Notes under the pieces: generated by a model
Database searches by the model: none
Seen by the model: the letters and a program-made list of their open reading frames with translations, nothing else
What the model was told of the DNA's origin: nothing
Translations under genes and position numbers: made by a program
DNA from: an uncultured delta proteobacterium
Lineage (GTDB): Bacteria; Myxococcota_A; Polyangia; Fen-1088
NCBI GenBank assembly: GCA_963767925.1
Contig: CAVYGB010000006.1
Location: forward strand, 256,001 to 320,000
DNA: 64,000 bases
Direction of reading: 5' to 3'
In this document: one piece after another, positions 17,330 through 28,181 of the stretch
Layout of the letters: every line of letters begins with the position of its first letter
How positions within the stretch are numbered: position 1 is the stretch's first letter

Positions 17330-20300
17330 GGTGCGCCCTCCCGGGGAGCCAGCGCGTCGTGGGGATCGGTCATCGCCACCGCGATCCGCCGGGGCCCGAC
17401 GAACGGGTCGCGCCCGTGGGCTACCAGCATGTTGTCGAGGGCGAGGATGTCGCCCTGCTGCCAGGGAAAGCCCCGGGTCTCGGCCAGGTAGGCGGCGCGG
17501 ATCTCAGCCAGCACCTCCGGCTCGATCTGGCCACCATCGCCGTAGAAGGTGTTGAACGGCAAATCGTGTTCCGTCAGCCCGGAGGCCATCGCTGAAAGCA
17601 CGCGTTCGGGCAGGCTGCTGACGTGAAAGAACAGCAGGTGGTTGAACCAAGTGGCCTCGCCGGTCTCGGGATGGGTTCGCAGCGCCGGGCGGACCTGCCG
17701 GGTGTGCAGGCGCCCGTCGGCGGACCATTGCAACTGGATGTGCGCCCGGCGGCAGTGCTCGGCCACCTTCTCGCGATCGGTGGTCTGGAAAGCTTCGACC
17801 CAGGAGAGGCCGAAATTTTCGCCGTAGTTTCTTACGTAGAGCACCTGCCGCTCGCGGAAACGCGCGATCGTGGCGGGCGTCAGCCGCTTCAGGATCCGCC
17901 GGCTGTCGGCGATCGGCGTGGCGCCGCCTCTCAGCGCCGGCTGCAGGCAGCAGAACCAGATCCGGCGCGGCCACTCGAGGGTGTAGGACTGCTCGTTGTG
18001 CAGGAGGATCGGCTCATCTTCGGGATGGTCCGTCGAGGTGTAGATCCCTGCCGAGATCTCGCTGCGCGGTGAAGACCGCTCGCCGTAGGGAATCAGGGCA
18101 GGAGAGATCCGCTGGACGGCCTTTCGGAAGTCCTCTGCCCCGCCGATGGCGAAGCCGCGAAACAGCAGGGCTCCCTCCCGGGCCAGCCTCTGGCGAATGT
18201 CGTCGACCTGATCGGCCAACCAGGCGGCCAGATCGACGTCGGGCCGCCGCGCCTCGACCAGCAGGGGAAGGGGGTGCTCTGCCTCGAGGCGCCGCATGGC
18301 CACCAGCTCGGAGGGGACAATGGTGGTCGGCCGCGGCCGGGTAGCCCTCAGCCCCTCCAGGAGAGCGGACACACGGGAGCCGGCAGGCTGCCCGGGGGGG
18401 ACGCGGTTGTCATCTTCTCGCATCGAGCGGTTTACCTCCGAGGTCGTGGGGCAGGCATCGGGATCCGTCACGACCGCCTCGAGAACCGAACGCAGATCGG
18501 TGAGGAGCTGTTCGGCGAAGCGACGTTCGAAGATGGAGGCGTAGCGCAGGGAAGCGACGAGGCCCCCCGCACGCGGCACGAACGCCAGGCTGAGATCGAA
18601 GACCGCGCCCTCTGCGTCCATCTCTACCGGCGAGAGGTCGAGCCCGGGCAGGTTCAAGGTCGCTGGCGCGCTCTGCAAGATGACCATCACCTGGAACAGG
18701 GGGTTGCGACCCAGCTCCCGGGGCGGACGCAGGTGCTCGACCACGGCCCCGAAGGGCACGTCCTGGTGTTCCCAGGCCTGCAGCACCACCCTCTTCACCC
18801 GGCCCAGGAGCTCGCGGAAGCTGGGAGCGCCACCGAGGTCAGTGCGAAGCACCACCTGGTTGACCATCAGACCGATGAGCGGCTCGAGCGCGGGGTGATT
18901 TCGACTGGCAAAATCGGTCCCCACGACGATGTCGTACGTCCCCGAGGTTCGGGCCAGCAGCGCCTCCCAGGCTGCCAGCAGGGTCATGAACAGTGTGGCC
19001 CCCTCGCGCCGGCCCAGGGCCTCGATCTCCCGAACCAGCCCCGCGGGCAACTCGATCTTCGCTGTCCCACCCTCGTAGCTGGCGATGCTCCCGTTGCCCT
19101 CGCGCGTGCGGGCCTGGGGCAAGGTGAGCCCGGCCGGCGCGCCCCGAAGCTGGTCCAGCCAGTAGGCCAGACTGCCCGCGAACGCGCCGCTCGTGAGCTG
19201 CTGCCGCTGCCAGGCCACGTAGTCGGGGTATTGCACCTCGAGGGGGGCCAATCCGGGCGCCTGACCCTGGCGGTGCGCGCGGTAGCGCTCGACGAGCTCG
19301 GCGAGGAGGATCCCGATCGACCAGCCGTCGGCCACGATGTGGTGCAGGACCAGAAGGAAGACGTGCTCATCGTCTCCGATCTGGTAGAGGCGGCAGCGGA
19401 GCAACGGCGGCACACCGAGGTCGAAACAGCGGTTCACCTCCGCCCTGAGCAGGGCGGAGAGCTCGCTCGACCCGGGTTCCACTCCCGACTGGCGAAGGTC
19501 GCTGAAAGACAGGGTGGCGCGGACGCCTTCTTCGAGCTGCTGATAGGGGACCCCGCCCTCCTCGCGAACGCTCGTCCGCAAGACCTCGTGCCGGGCGACG
19601 ATGCCCTCCAGGCTGCGCGCGAGAGCGTCGCGATCCAGCGGGCCGCGGAGCCGGACTGCGCCCGCGATGTGGTAGGCGGCGCGGCTGCCGGTGAAGCGGT
19701 CGAGGAACCAGAGGCGCTCCTGCCCGGAGGAGAGCGGCAGCCGGCTCGTCCGCAGCGTCGCATCGAGGCGCGCCGAGGGTGGGCTGGCCCCCGTCTGCCC
19801 CAGCCGGCCGACCTGGGCCACCAGGTCGCGCAGGACCGGATAGTCGAAGGCCCAGCGCAGCGGCACCTCCTTTCCGAAGGCTTCCCGTAGACGGACGATC
19901 ATCTGAGCGGCGGAGAGCGAGTGCCCGCCCAGCTCGAAGAAGCTGGCCTCCGGGCAGATGTCTTCGCGGACTAGCAAGCTGGACCAGACCTGGGCGACCA
20001 CCTCCTCGGCGGGGGACGACAGCGGCGACCGGCGCTGGCCCTGGACCGGTGGCGAGAGCTGCTCCAGCGCCTGCCGGTCGATCTTCCCGTTGGCGGTGAG
20101 CGGCAGCGCGGCCACCGGCAGGAGCAAGGAAGGGATCATGTATTCGGGGAGGTGCCGGCGGAGGTGCTGGCGCAACCTCGCCTCATCGGCCTGCTGGGCC
20201 GGGCGAAACACGACGTAGGCAGCCAGCAAGGGCTCCGCGCCGTCCGGTGAACGCCGGAGATCGACGAAAGCGTCGGCTACCGAGGGTTCGCGCTTGAGCG

Positions 20301-22971
20301 AGGCCGCCACCTCATCGGGCTCGATGCGGTGACCCCGCAGCTTGATCTGCTGATCGGTGCGCCCCAGGAACATCAAGTCGCCGTCTTCGGTATGGCTGCC
20401 CAGATCGCCGGTCCGGTACAGGCGGGCGCCCGGCGCCCGGGAGAAGGGGTCGGGCAAGAAGCGTTCGGCGGTCAAGGCCGGCCTCCCCCGATAGCCGCGC
20501 GCGACACCCACCCCGGCGACGTGCAACTCCCCCGGCACGCCGGTCGGCACCAGCTCGAGCTGGTCGTCCAGCAGGTAGACCGCGGCGCTGGCGATCGGGC
20601 GTCCGATAGACGGCGCCGAGGCGGACGGCTCGGGCGACACCGGTTGCGAGGTGGCCACCACCGAGGCTTCAGTGGGGCCGTAGTTGTTCACCAGCTGGAA
20701 GGGAAGACCCGCGCGCGGGCGGCTGCGCAGGCGATCCCCGCCGGTCAGGAGTAGACGCAGGGGCGCATGGGCCGGCCAATCGAGCGCGAGCACGGCCTCG
20801 GCCAGCGGAGTGGGCAGGAAGCAGGAGGTGATGCCCCGGCTGAGAATCCAGTCCCGGAGGCCAGCGGGCAGGAGGCGGACCTCGGCGCTCGGAAAGAAGA
20901 GCGCCGCGCCGCTGGTCAGCGCCGACCAGATCTCCCATACCGAGGCATCGAAGCTCTGGCTAGCGACCTGCCCCGTCCGATCGCCGGGACCGAGCGAGAA
21001 GGCTTGCCGGTGCCAGCGAACCAGGTTGGCGAGCCCTCGATGCGTCACCTCCACGCCCTTGGGCTGCCCGCTGGATCCCGAGGTGTAGATGACGTAAGCG
21101 AGGTTCTCGAGACCGGGCGGCGAGCCCTCGACCTCGGCGGCTTGCAGCGGCGGTGAGTTCAGCTCGTCATCGGTGACGACGAGGGCCGGACCCTCGCCCG
21201 ATGAGAACCGCCGGCGCAGGCGGGGCTCGGTGAAGATGGCCAGGCAGCCCGCGTCGCGGATCATGAAATGCAGCCGCTCGTCCGGGTAGGCCGGGTCCAG
21301 GGGGAGATAGGCGCTGCCGCACTTGAGGATGGCCAGCATGGCGACCACGGCATCGGGCCCGGGTTCACAGAAGACGCCGATCAACGACTCCTGGCGGGCA
21401 CCGAGGCGACGCAGCCGGGCCGCCAGGCGCTCGGATCGACGATCCAGGTCCAGATAGGTCAGGCATTCGTCTCGGCGCTGGAGCGCGATGGCCTGCGGCG
21501 CATCGGCCAGCCGGCGCCCGAACAGCTCCAGCACGGTGTCGTCGGCCCGGTCGCCGAGGGCCGGGCCCCGGGACCTGCCCAGCACACGTTTTCGCTCGCC
21601 GGCATCGAGCAGGCCGAGCCGGGCAACGCCGAGGTCGGGGTCGGCCACCGCCGACCCGAGCAACTGGACGAACTGGCCGCAGAATCGGTCAATCGTTTCG
21701 GCGGAGTACCGATCGGAGCGGTACTCCACCGGGCCAGCGATCTCGGGGCCCAGGTCATCCAGGTTCAGCGTCAGGTCGAACTTGGCCGTACCGGTATGGA
21801 TCGGTTCTCCCCGCCCCCGCACATCACCGAGCATCAGCTCACTGTTCAGGCCAGCCTGCCAGGCCAGCACGCAAGTCAGGGGCGAATCGCTCGACCGGGA
21901 ACGGGCCAGCTCGGGGGCGGCCGCCTCGAAGGGCACGTCCTCGTGGGCCTGGGCGTCGAGCACCGTCGCCCGCACTCCGCGCAGGAGCTCGCGAAAGCTG
22001 GCCCGGCCATCCACCAGGGTGCGCAGGCCGACCATGTTGACGAAGAGGCCGACCACCCCGTGGGTCTGGCGCTCACGGCGACCGCTCACCGGGCTGCCCA
22101 CGAGGATGTCCTTCTGCCGAGTGAGGCGGGAGAGAAGCAGCTGGAGGGCCGTCAACAGCGTGGTAAAGACGGTGACGCCCTCGCGCCGGCTGAACTCGCG
22201 CACAGCCTGGGTGAGGGCCTGCCCCAGGCTGAGAGGCCACAGCTTGCCGGGGTACCCCTGCTCGGCGCGAGAGGGGCGGCAGGCGGGCAGCGGCAGGCCC
22301 GGCGTCGCGCCGCCGAGTTGACCACGCCAGTAGCTCAGGCTCGCGTCCAGGGCCCCCCCGGTCAGCCGTTCGCGCTGCCAGGCGGCGTAGTCGGCGTACT
22401 GGATCTCCGGCTCGGCCAGTGACGGCGGCCGTCCGGCGCGGTGGTCCCGGTACAGCACCTGCAGCTCCCGCAGCAGCACCCCGATGGACCAGCCATCGGC
22501 GACGAGATGATGGAGAACGAGGATCAGCACCTGCTCGCCGCCGGGCCGCCGGATCAATCGGGCACGCGGCACCAGCGGGGCCCCCAGATCGAAGGGACGT
22601 GTGGCCTCCTGTCGCATGACGCCGGCGAGATCGCGCTCGCTGACCGGCTCGCCATTCCCCGGAATCGTTCCGACCTCGAAGCTCAGCTCCGCGTCCGGGT
22701 GGATCCGCTGATAGACCCCGTCTCCGACCGTGAGAAAGCTGGTCCGGAGGGCTTCATGGCGGCGCACCAGCTCTTGCAAACTGGCCCGCAGCGCCACCGG
22801 ATCCACGTCGCCACGCAACCGGACGGCGCCGGCGATGTGAAAGAGAGGCCCACCCGGCGCCAGTTGCTCGCGCAACCAAATCCGCTCCTGGGCGAGGCCC
22901 AGGGGAAAGCAGCCGTACTCCGATCCTCGAGAGTCGAGCAGTGCCTTGGCCTGGTTGGTCACGGAGGTCAT
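17326..22971 (-). CDS. NRPS C-A(Leu, code DAWFLGNVVK)-T-C with fused C-terminal TauD-type beta-hydroxylase
   Basis: HHLVADGWS, FDASVWE, NNYGPTEASVV, GGHSL, HHIVADGWS, then HNEQSY...WFNH...VAHGRDPF. Confidence 0.95.
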   Translation of the reverse strand: MTSVTNQAKALLDSRGSEYGCFPLGLAQERIWLREQLAPGGPLFHIAGAVRLRGDVDPVALRASLQELVRRHEALRTSFLTVGDGVYQRIHPDAELSFEVGTIPGNGEPVSERDLAGVMRQEATRPFDLGAPLVPRARLIRRPGGEQVLILVLHHLVADGWSIGVLLRELQVLYRDHRAGRPPSLAEPEIQYADYAAWQRERLTGGALDASLSYWRGQLGGATPGLPLPACRPSRAEQGYPGKLWPLSLGQALTQAVREFSRREGVTVFTTLLTALQLLLSRLTRQKDILVGSPVSGRRERQTHGVVGLFVNMVGLRTLVDGRASFRELLRGVRATVLDAQAHEDVPFEAAAPELARSRSSDSPLTCVLAWQAGLNSELMLGDVRGRGEPIHTGTAKFDLTLNLDDLGPEIAGPVEYRSDRYSAETIDRFCGQFVQLLGSAVADPDLGVARLGLLDAGERKRVLGRSRGPALGDRADDTVLELFGRRLADAPQAIALQRRDECLTYLDLDRRSERLAARLRRLGARQESLIGVFCEPGPDAVVAMLAILKCGSAYLPLDPAYPDERLHFMIRDAGCLAIFTEPRLRRRFSSGEGPALVVTDDELNSPPLQAAEVEGSPPGLENLAYVIYTSGSSGQPKGVEVTHRGLANLVRWHRQAFSLGPGDRTGQVASQSFDASVWEIWSALTSGAALFFPSAEVRLLPAGLRDWILSRGITSCFLPTPLAEAVLALDWPAHAPLRLLLTGGDRLRSRPRAGLPFQLVNNYGPTEASVVATSQPVSPEPSASAPSIGRPIASAAVYLLDDQLELVPTGVPGELHVAGVGVARGYRGRPALTAERFLPDPFSRAPGARLYRTGDLGSHTEDGDLMFLGRTDQQIKLRGHRIEPDEVAASLKREPSVADAFVDLRRSPDGAEPLLAAYVVFRPAQQADEARLRQHLRRHLPEYMIPSLLLPVAALPLTANGKIDRQALEQLSPPVQGQRRSPLSSPAEEVVAQVWSSLLVREDICPEASFFELGGHSLSAAQMIVRLREAFGKEVPLRWAFDYPVLRDLVAQVGRLGQTGASPPSARLDATLRTSRLPLSSGQERLWFLDRFTGSRAAYHIAGAVRLRGPLDRDALARSLEGIVARHEVLRTSVREEGGVPYQQLEEGVRATLSFSDLRQSGVEPGSSELSALLRAEVNRCFDLGVPPLLRCRLYQIGDDEHVFLLVLHHIVADGWSIGILLAELVERYRAHRQGQAPGLAPLEVQYPDYVAWQRQQLTSGAFAGSLAYWLDQLRGAPAGLTLPQARTREGNGSIASYEGGTAKIELPAGLVREIEALGRREGATLFMTLLAAWEALLARTSGTYDIVVGTDFASRNHPALEPLIGLMVNQVVLRTDLGGAPSFRELLGRVKRVVLQAWEHQDVPFGAVVEHLRPPRELGRNPLFQVMVILQSAPATLNLPGLDLSPVEMDAEGAVFDLSLAFVPRAGGLVASLRYASIFERRFAEQLLTDLRSVLEAVVTDPDACPTTSEVNRSMREDDNRVPPGQPAGSRVSALLEGLRATRPRPTTIVPSELVAMRRLEAEHPLPLLVEARRPDVDLAAWLADQVDDIRQRLAREGALLFRGFAIGGAEDFRKAVQRISPALIPYGERSSPRSEISAGIYTSTDHPEDEPILLHNEQSYTLEWPRRIWFCCLQPALRGGATPIADSRRILKRLTPATIARFRERQVLYVRNYGENFGLSWVEAFQTTDREKVAEHCRRAHIQLQWSADGRLHTRQVRPALRTHPETGEATWFNHLLFFHVSSLPERVLSAMASGLTEHDLPFNTFYGDGGQIEPEVLAEIRAAYLAETRGFPWQQGDILALDNMLVAHGRDPFVGPRRIAVAMTDPHDALAPREGAP

Positions 22972-25900
22972 GGCTTGCTCTCGCGCAAGAGCCGCCGCAC
23001 GTCCCCGTCGCCGCGGGTCAACCGGCGGATGCTGCCCAGGGGCGCCGCCTGACCGGCGCTCGCTTCGATCGCCTCGGCGACCGCCGCCACCGTCGGGGAG
23101 TCGAACAGCTGCCGCAAGGGCAGATCCACGCCGAAGCGGGCCTCGAGGCGCGCGCGGACCGTGACCATCAGCAGCGAGTGCGCGCCGAGAGTGAAGAGGT
23201 CCTCGTCGGGGCCAACCGCGGCTATGCCCAGGGCGTCGGCCCAGATGCGACCCACCTCGGCCTCGGTCGCGTTGCGGGCCGGTCGACGCGTGTCCAGCTC
23301 CCCGGTCGGCGCCGGCAAGGCGGCGCGATCGACCTTCCCGTTGGGCGTGCGGGGCAAACGCTCCAGCACCACGATCCGGGCCGGCTCCATGTGGCGGGGC
23401 AGCCGGGCCCTGAGATGACTCTGCAGATCCTGGGGGGAGACAGACTGGTCCGGTCGGAGGGCCACGTAGGCCACCAGCCGGCGATCCGCGGCGCCGCCAG
23501 CCAGGACAGCCACGCTCTCCCCGACCGCCGGGTGGGCGGCCAGCACCGAGGAGACCTCCCTGAGCTCGATCCGGAAGCCCCGGATCTTGACCTGGTCGTC
23601 CTCGCGACCGAGGAACTCGAGCCGGCCATCCCGGCGCCAGCGCACGCGGTCTCCAGTCCGGTATACCCGCTCGCCCGGCTCCTGGGCGAGCGGGTCGGGG
23701 ACGTAGCTCGCCGCCGTCAGGCCGGGCCGGCGCCAGTAGCCCCGCGAGACGCCGGGGCCTCCGATGTAGAGCTCACCCGCCACACCGACTGGCACGAGCT
23801 GCTGTCCTGGATCGAGCACCCGCAGGGTGGTGGCGCCAAGCCCCACTCCGATCGTGACGGGCTCGCCTCGCCGGAGGGTGGTCCAGGTCGAATAGGTGGT
23901 GGTTTCAGTGGGCCCATAGAGGTTGTTGACCCGCAGCTCGGACGATCCGGCCCGATACAGGCCTTCGACAAGGGTCGCGTCCAGGGGCTCGCCGGCCAGA
24001 TTGATGGCTCTCAGGTCAGGCGGCAGCCAGCCGGCGCTCGCCACCGCCGCCATCGCCGAAGGGACTGTGTTGATCAGGCGCACCGCCTCGACCGAACCTC
24101 CCTCGCGCTGCCCCTCCCACCATTGCAGCAGGTTCTCGGCGAGGACCACCGCGCCGCCGCTGCAAAGTGGCGCCCACAGCTCGAAGATGGACAGGTCGAA
24201 GCAGGCCGAGGTGGAGGCGAGGACACGCTCGAGCTCGGCCGGCCCGAACGCTCCCGTCGCCCACTGCACGAAGGCGTCAGCCTGACGGTGCTCGATCATC
24301 ACGCCCTTCGGGACACCGGTCGAGCCAGAGGTGTAGATCAGATAGGCAACGTTCGCCGGGCCGACCGACGACTCGGCTGCCTCTTCAGATTCGCCCGGCG
24401 CGACGCCGACGAGGCCCTCGGCGTCCAGGGTGATGACCCGACTGGCACCGCCGTCGAACCGTCCCGTCCAGCGTGGCTCGGTGATGATGGCGAGCGCCGC
24501 GGCGTCGCTGGCCATGAAACGCAGCCGCTCTTCCGGATAGTCCGGGTCCAGGGGCAGGTAGGCAGCCCCCGCCTTCCAGACCGCCAGCATCGCCTCTACC
24601 ATCCGCCCGGACCGGGAGAGGCAGATCCCGACCCGCTCTTCCGGACCCACGCCAAGGGCCCGGAGCTGGCGGGCGAGGCGGTTGGCCCGACGATCCAGCT
24701 CTCGATAGCTGATCGACTCTCTGCCGTCGAGCAGGGCCGGACGTTCGGGCGTCTCCCGGGCCTGTCGTTCGAAGCGGTGATGCAGGCACACGCAGGCCGG
24801 AGGACGAGCGGCGGGCGCCTGGAAGCTCAGGATCGTGGCCCGGGCGGCTTCGGACAGGATGGGAAGATCGAGGATCGGCCGGTGGGGATCTTCGGCGATC
24901 GACCGGAGCAGGACCTGAAGACATTCCGCCCAGCCGGCCACGGTTTCGGGCGCGAGCAGATCGCTGCGATAACGCAGGCGTCCTCCCAGGCCTTCCTCCA
25001 CCTCGCCGAGGGCGAGGCTGAGGTCGAACTGGGCAGTCCGCTCGGGCAGAGCGACCGACTCGAGCGCCAGCTCTCCCACCTGGAGCTTCGCGCCGCCCAT
25101 CCCCAGAGCCAGCCGGGCCATCCCCCAGCCGTCGCGCTCCGCCTGCTGGGCCTTGTGAAAGGTGAAGCTGGCCTGGATGGGAGCACGGTTACTCGCCCCG
25201 CGTGAGAGCTGGCTGGCCTTCACCATCAGCGGGAAGGGGTAGGCGGCGTGTTCCATCCCGCTCAGCACCCGTGCCCGGACCTGCCCGAGGAGCTCGTTGA
25301 AGGTCGTCACCCCCGCGAAATCGACCCCCAGCGGCAACATGTTCACGAAGTAGCCGATCACGTCGGCAAACTCCGCCCGCGGTCGGCCGGAGCTAGGCGT
25401 GCCCACGACGAAGCGCGCCTGGCCGGTCAGGCGGTGCAGCAGGGCCAGCCAGGCCGCCGCTGTCACCATGAACAGCGTGGCCCCGTTCTTCGTGGCCACC
25501 TCCTGCAGGCGCTCCCGGACCTCCAGGTCGACGATGAAGTCCAGGCTGGCCCCGGCAGCGGCCTCCTCCCGGGAACGCGGGTTGTCGAGCGGCAAATCGA
25601 GCTGTGGCCACTCCTGGCCCAGCTCGCCCTTCCAGTAGGTCGCCAGACGGTCGCCCTCGCTGCCGGCCAGCAGGTCCTCCTGCCAGGCCACGAACTCGGC
25701 GTAGCCGTCCCGGGCCGCCTCGACGTCCAGGCGCAGGTTCAGCCCGAGCGCGGTGTAGATCGTGCCCAGCTCCCGCAGCAGCAGCACCAGCGACCAGAGG
25801 TCGGCGACGATGTGGTGGATCACGAACAGCAGGAGGTGTTCCTCCTCGGAGCGACGGTAATGCGTCACCTGCAACAGCGGCCCCTCCGCCAGGTCGATCG

Positions 25901-28181
25901 GCCGATGGGCGTCCTCTTCGAGGGTCCGGGCCAGCTCCACCTCGCTCAGCGCCTCGACGGGAAGGAAACGCACGACCCGGGGGTCGTTGCGCCGAAGCAC
26001 CCTGACCGCCTCCCCGCGGGCGACGGGGAAGCTGCTGCGCAAGGCAGGATGGCGCTCGAGCAGCAGCTCCAGGGCCCTCCGCAGGCGATCGCGATCGAGC
26101 ACACCTCGCAGGCGCACGACCCGCGCGATGTTGTTGCTCGCTCCTTCCGGATCGAGTTGCTGCAGGAACCACAGGGCTCGCTGGCCGTGCGAGAGCCCGC
26201 CACCGCCCGAAGAACTGGGCGGCGGGCGCCCCGCGCCGATCCGCCGGGCGGTGTCGGCCAGGCTCAAGCGTTCGAACAGCAGCGAGGGCTCGATCGCCAG
26301 GCCAAACTGCTTCTCGAGCCCGTGGGCGATCTCGATGGCCGCCAGGGAGTCGAGGCCGTAAGCCGTGATGGGCTGCTGGGGGTCCACCGACGCCGGCGGC
26401 AGACCCGCTCGCCGAGCCACCTCCGCCCGCAGCCAGGCGCCGACGGCGTCCTGGTCCCCCGGCGAGGGGGTGGCAGTCGAACGGCCAACGACCGAGAGCG
26501 TCCCGTCGAGGAAGGCTCGCCGGCACTGACTCCGCTGGATCTTTCCACTCGAGGTCTTCGGGATCGACCCCTTGCGGATGAGCACGACCTCGTGGGCCGC
26601 CAGCTCGTGGCTCGCGGCCAGGGCCTGCCGGATCGCGGCCTCGATCTCGTTGCCGTCGACCCCGCTCCCTCGGTCCACCTCCGCCACCACGACCAGCCGT
26701 TCCTCCCGCTCGATCTCGACTGACACCGCCGCCACGCAGCCCGGTCGCAACAGGGGATGGCTCCGCTCGACGCTGACCTCGATGTCCTGCGGGTAGTGGT
26801 TCTGGCCACGCAAGACGAGGAGATCTTTGCAGCGGCCCGTGATGACGAGCGATCCGTCTTCGAGGAAGCCGAGGTCGCCGGTCCGCAGGAAGGGGCCCCT
26901 GCCGCTCCCCGAGAGAAAGGACTGAAAGGTGAGGGCCGACTCCTCTGGCCGGTTCCAGTAGCCGACGGCCACGCTGCCCCCCTTCACCCAGATCTCGCCC
27001 ACCTCACCCGGGCCACGCTCCGACCCGGTCTCCGGATCGACGATGACCACCTCCTGCTCGCCGAGAGGTCGCCCACAGCCCACGAGGCTGGCGGCGTCCG
27101 CCGCCGCCTCTCGCCGCACCAGCCGGTGCTCCCCGAGCGCGTGCTTGTCGACGTGCAGGACGAGCGGGGATCGGGCTTTGTGGCTCCCCGTGACCATGAG
27201 GGTGGCCTCGGCCAGGCCGTAGCAGGGGTAGAAGGCCTCGGCGCGAAAGCCACAATCGGCGAAGACCTCGGCAAAACGGGTCAGGGTGTGCGCGCGCACC
27301 GGCTCGGCCCCGTTGAAGGCGACCGTCCAGCTCGACAGATCGAGCCCCGCCCGCTCGGCCGGGGAGATCTTCTCCAGGCAGAGCTCGTAGGCGAAGTTGG
27401 GCCCGCCGCTGGTGGTGGCCCGATAGCGGGAGATAGCCTGCAACCAGCGGAGGGGCCGCTTGAGGAAGGCGGAGGGCGCGATCTGGACACAGGGGATGCC
27501 AGCAAAGAGCGGCTGCAGCAGACCGGCCATGAAGCCCATGTCGTGGAAGGTGGGCAGCCAGGACACGTAGCTGTCGCCCGCGCCATGCTCCACCGCCGCG
27601 TGGACCAGGGCCGCGTTGTGCAAGAGGTTGGCGTGGGTGAGCATCACCCCTTTCGGGGTGCCGGTTGAGCCCGAGGTGTACTGCAGGAAGGCTACTTCGT
27701 CCGGCGGCCCGCCCGGCAGGCGCTCCTGGGCCTCGGGCACGACATCGGTGGCGATCCAGGTGAAGCGTCCAAGATCGAGCCCCTGCTCCATGAACCCCGC
27801 CTGGATCCGCTCGACCAGCGCGGCGGTGGTGAGCACGCAGGTGGGCTGGGCGTCGGCCATGATCGCGACGAGGCGGCTCAGCGTGCGGGTGCTGGTAGGC
27901 GGATAGGCGGGCACGGCGATGACTCTGGCGTGCAGGCAGCCGAAGAAGCCGACCAGGAAGTCGAGCCCCGCAGGGTAGAGCAACACCGCGCGGGCGCCGG
28001 GGTTTGCCCGATCTCGCAAAGCTGCCGCCACCGAGAGGGCGCGGCGGCGCAGCAGGGCGTAGTCGAGGCTCATCTCCTCGCGATCGCCGTCGGGCAAGAA
28101 GGTGAAGGCCTCCCCGACCGGGGACGTCTCGGCCCGGAGATCGAGCAGGTCGGTCAGGGTATCTGGCTGAGATGAACGCAT
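22968..28181 (-). CDS. Lipo-initiation NRPS: FAAL-ACP-C-A(Ala-type, code DLFNNALTYK)-T
   Basis: Start reassigned to MRSSQPD (28181, purine-rich SD). FAAL: LQYTSGSTG, SWLPTFHDMG, NGAEPV, CYGLAEATL. ACP YGLDSL; C HHIVADLWS; A FDLSIFE, NLAGE, GPTETTTYST; PCP LGAHSL. Confidence 0.95.
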   Translation of the reverse strand: MRSSQPDTLTDLLDLRAETSPVGEAFTFLPDGDREEMSLDYALLRRRALSVAAALRDRANPGARAVLLYPAGLDFLVGFFGCLHARVIAVPAYPPTSTRTLSRLVAIMADAQPTCVLTTAALVERIQAGFMEQGLDLGRFTWIATDVVPEAQERLPGGPPDEVAFLQYTSGSTGTPKGVMLTHANLLHNAALVHAAVEHGAGDSYVSWLPTFHDMGFMAGLLQPLFAGIPCVQIAPSAFLKRPLRWLQAISRYRATTSGGPNFAYELCLEKISPAERAGLDLSSWTVAFNGAEPVRAHTLTRFAEVFADCGFRAEAFYPCYGLAEATLMVTGSHKARSPLVLHVDKHALGEHRLVRREAAADAASLVGCGRPLGEQEVVIVDPETGSERGPGEVGEIWVKGGSVAVGYWNRPEESALTFQSFLSGSGRGPFLRTGDLGFLEDGSLVITGRCKDLLVLRGQNHYPQDIEVSVERSHPLLRPGCVAAVSVEIEREERLVVVAEVDRGSGVDGNEIEAAIRQALAASHELAAHEVVLIRKGSIPKTSSGKIQRSQCRRAFLDGTLSVVGRSTATPSPGDQDAVGAWLRAEVARRAGLPPASVDPQQPITAYGLDSLAAIEIAHGLEKQFGLAIEPSLLFERLSLADTARRIGAGRPPPSSSGGGGLSHGQRALWFLQQLDPEGASNNIARVVRLRGVLDRDRLRRALELLLERHPALRSSFPVARGEAVRVLRRNDPRVVRFLPVEALSEVELARTLEEDAHRPIDLAEGPLLQVTHYRRSEEEHLLLFVIHHIVADLWSLVLLLRELGTIYTALGLNLRLDVEAARDGYAEFVAWQEDLLAGSEGDRLATYWKGELGQEWPQLDLPLDNPRSREEAAAGASLDFIVDLEVRERLQEVATKNGATLFMVTAAAWLALLHRLTGQARFVVGTPSSGRPRAEFADVIGYFVNMLPLGVDFAGVTTFNELLGQVRARVLSGMEHAAYPFPLMVKASQLSRGASNRAPIQASFTFHKAQQAERDGWGMARLALGMGGAKLQVGELALESVALPERTAQFDLSLALGEVEEGLGGRLRYRSDLLAPETVAGWAECLQVLLRSIAEDPHRPILDLPILSEAARATILSFQAPAARPPACVCLHHRFERQARETPERPALLDGRESISYRELDRRANRLARQLRALGVGPEERVGICLSRSGRMVEAMLAVWKAGAAYLPLDPDYPEERLRFMASDAAALAIITEPRWTGRFDGGASRVITLDAEGLVGVAPGESEEAAESSVGPANVAYLIYTSGSTGVPKGVMIEHRQADAFVQWATGAFGPAELERVLASTSACFDLSIFELWAPLCSGGAVVLAENLLQWWEGQREGGSVEAVRLINTVPSAMAAVASAGWLPPDLRAINLAGEPLDATLVEGLYRAGSSELRVNNLYGPTETTTYSTWTTLRRGEPVTIGVGLGATTLRVLDPGQQLVPVGVAGELYIGGPGVSRGYWRRPGLTAASYVPDPLAQEPGERVYRTGDRVRWRRDGRLEFLGREDDQVKIRGFRIELREVSSVLAAHPAVGESVAVLAGGAADRRLVAYVALRPDQSVSPQDLQSHLRARLPRHMEPARIVVLERLPRTPNGKVDRAALPAPTGELDTRRPARNATEAEVGRIWADALGIAAVGPDEDLFTLGAHSLLMVTVRARLEARFGVDLPLRQLFDSPTVAAVAEAIEASAGQAAPLGSIRRLTRGDGDVRRLLRESKP

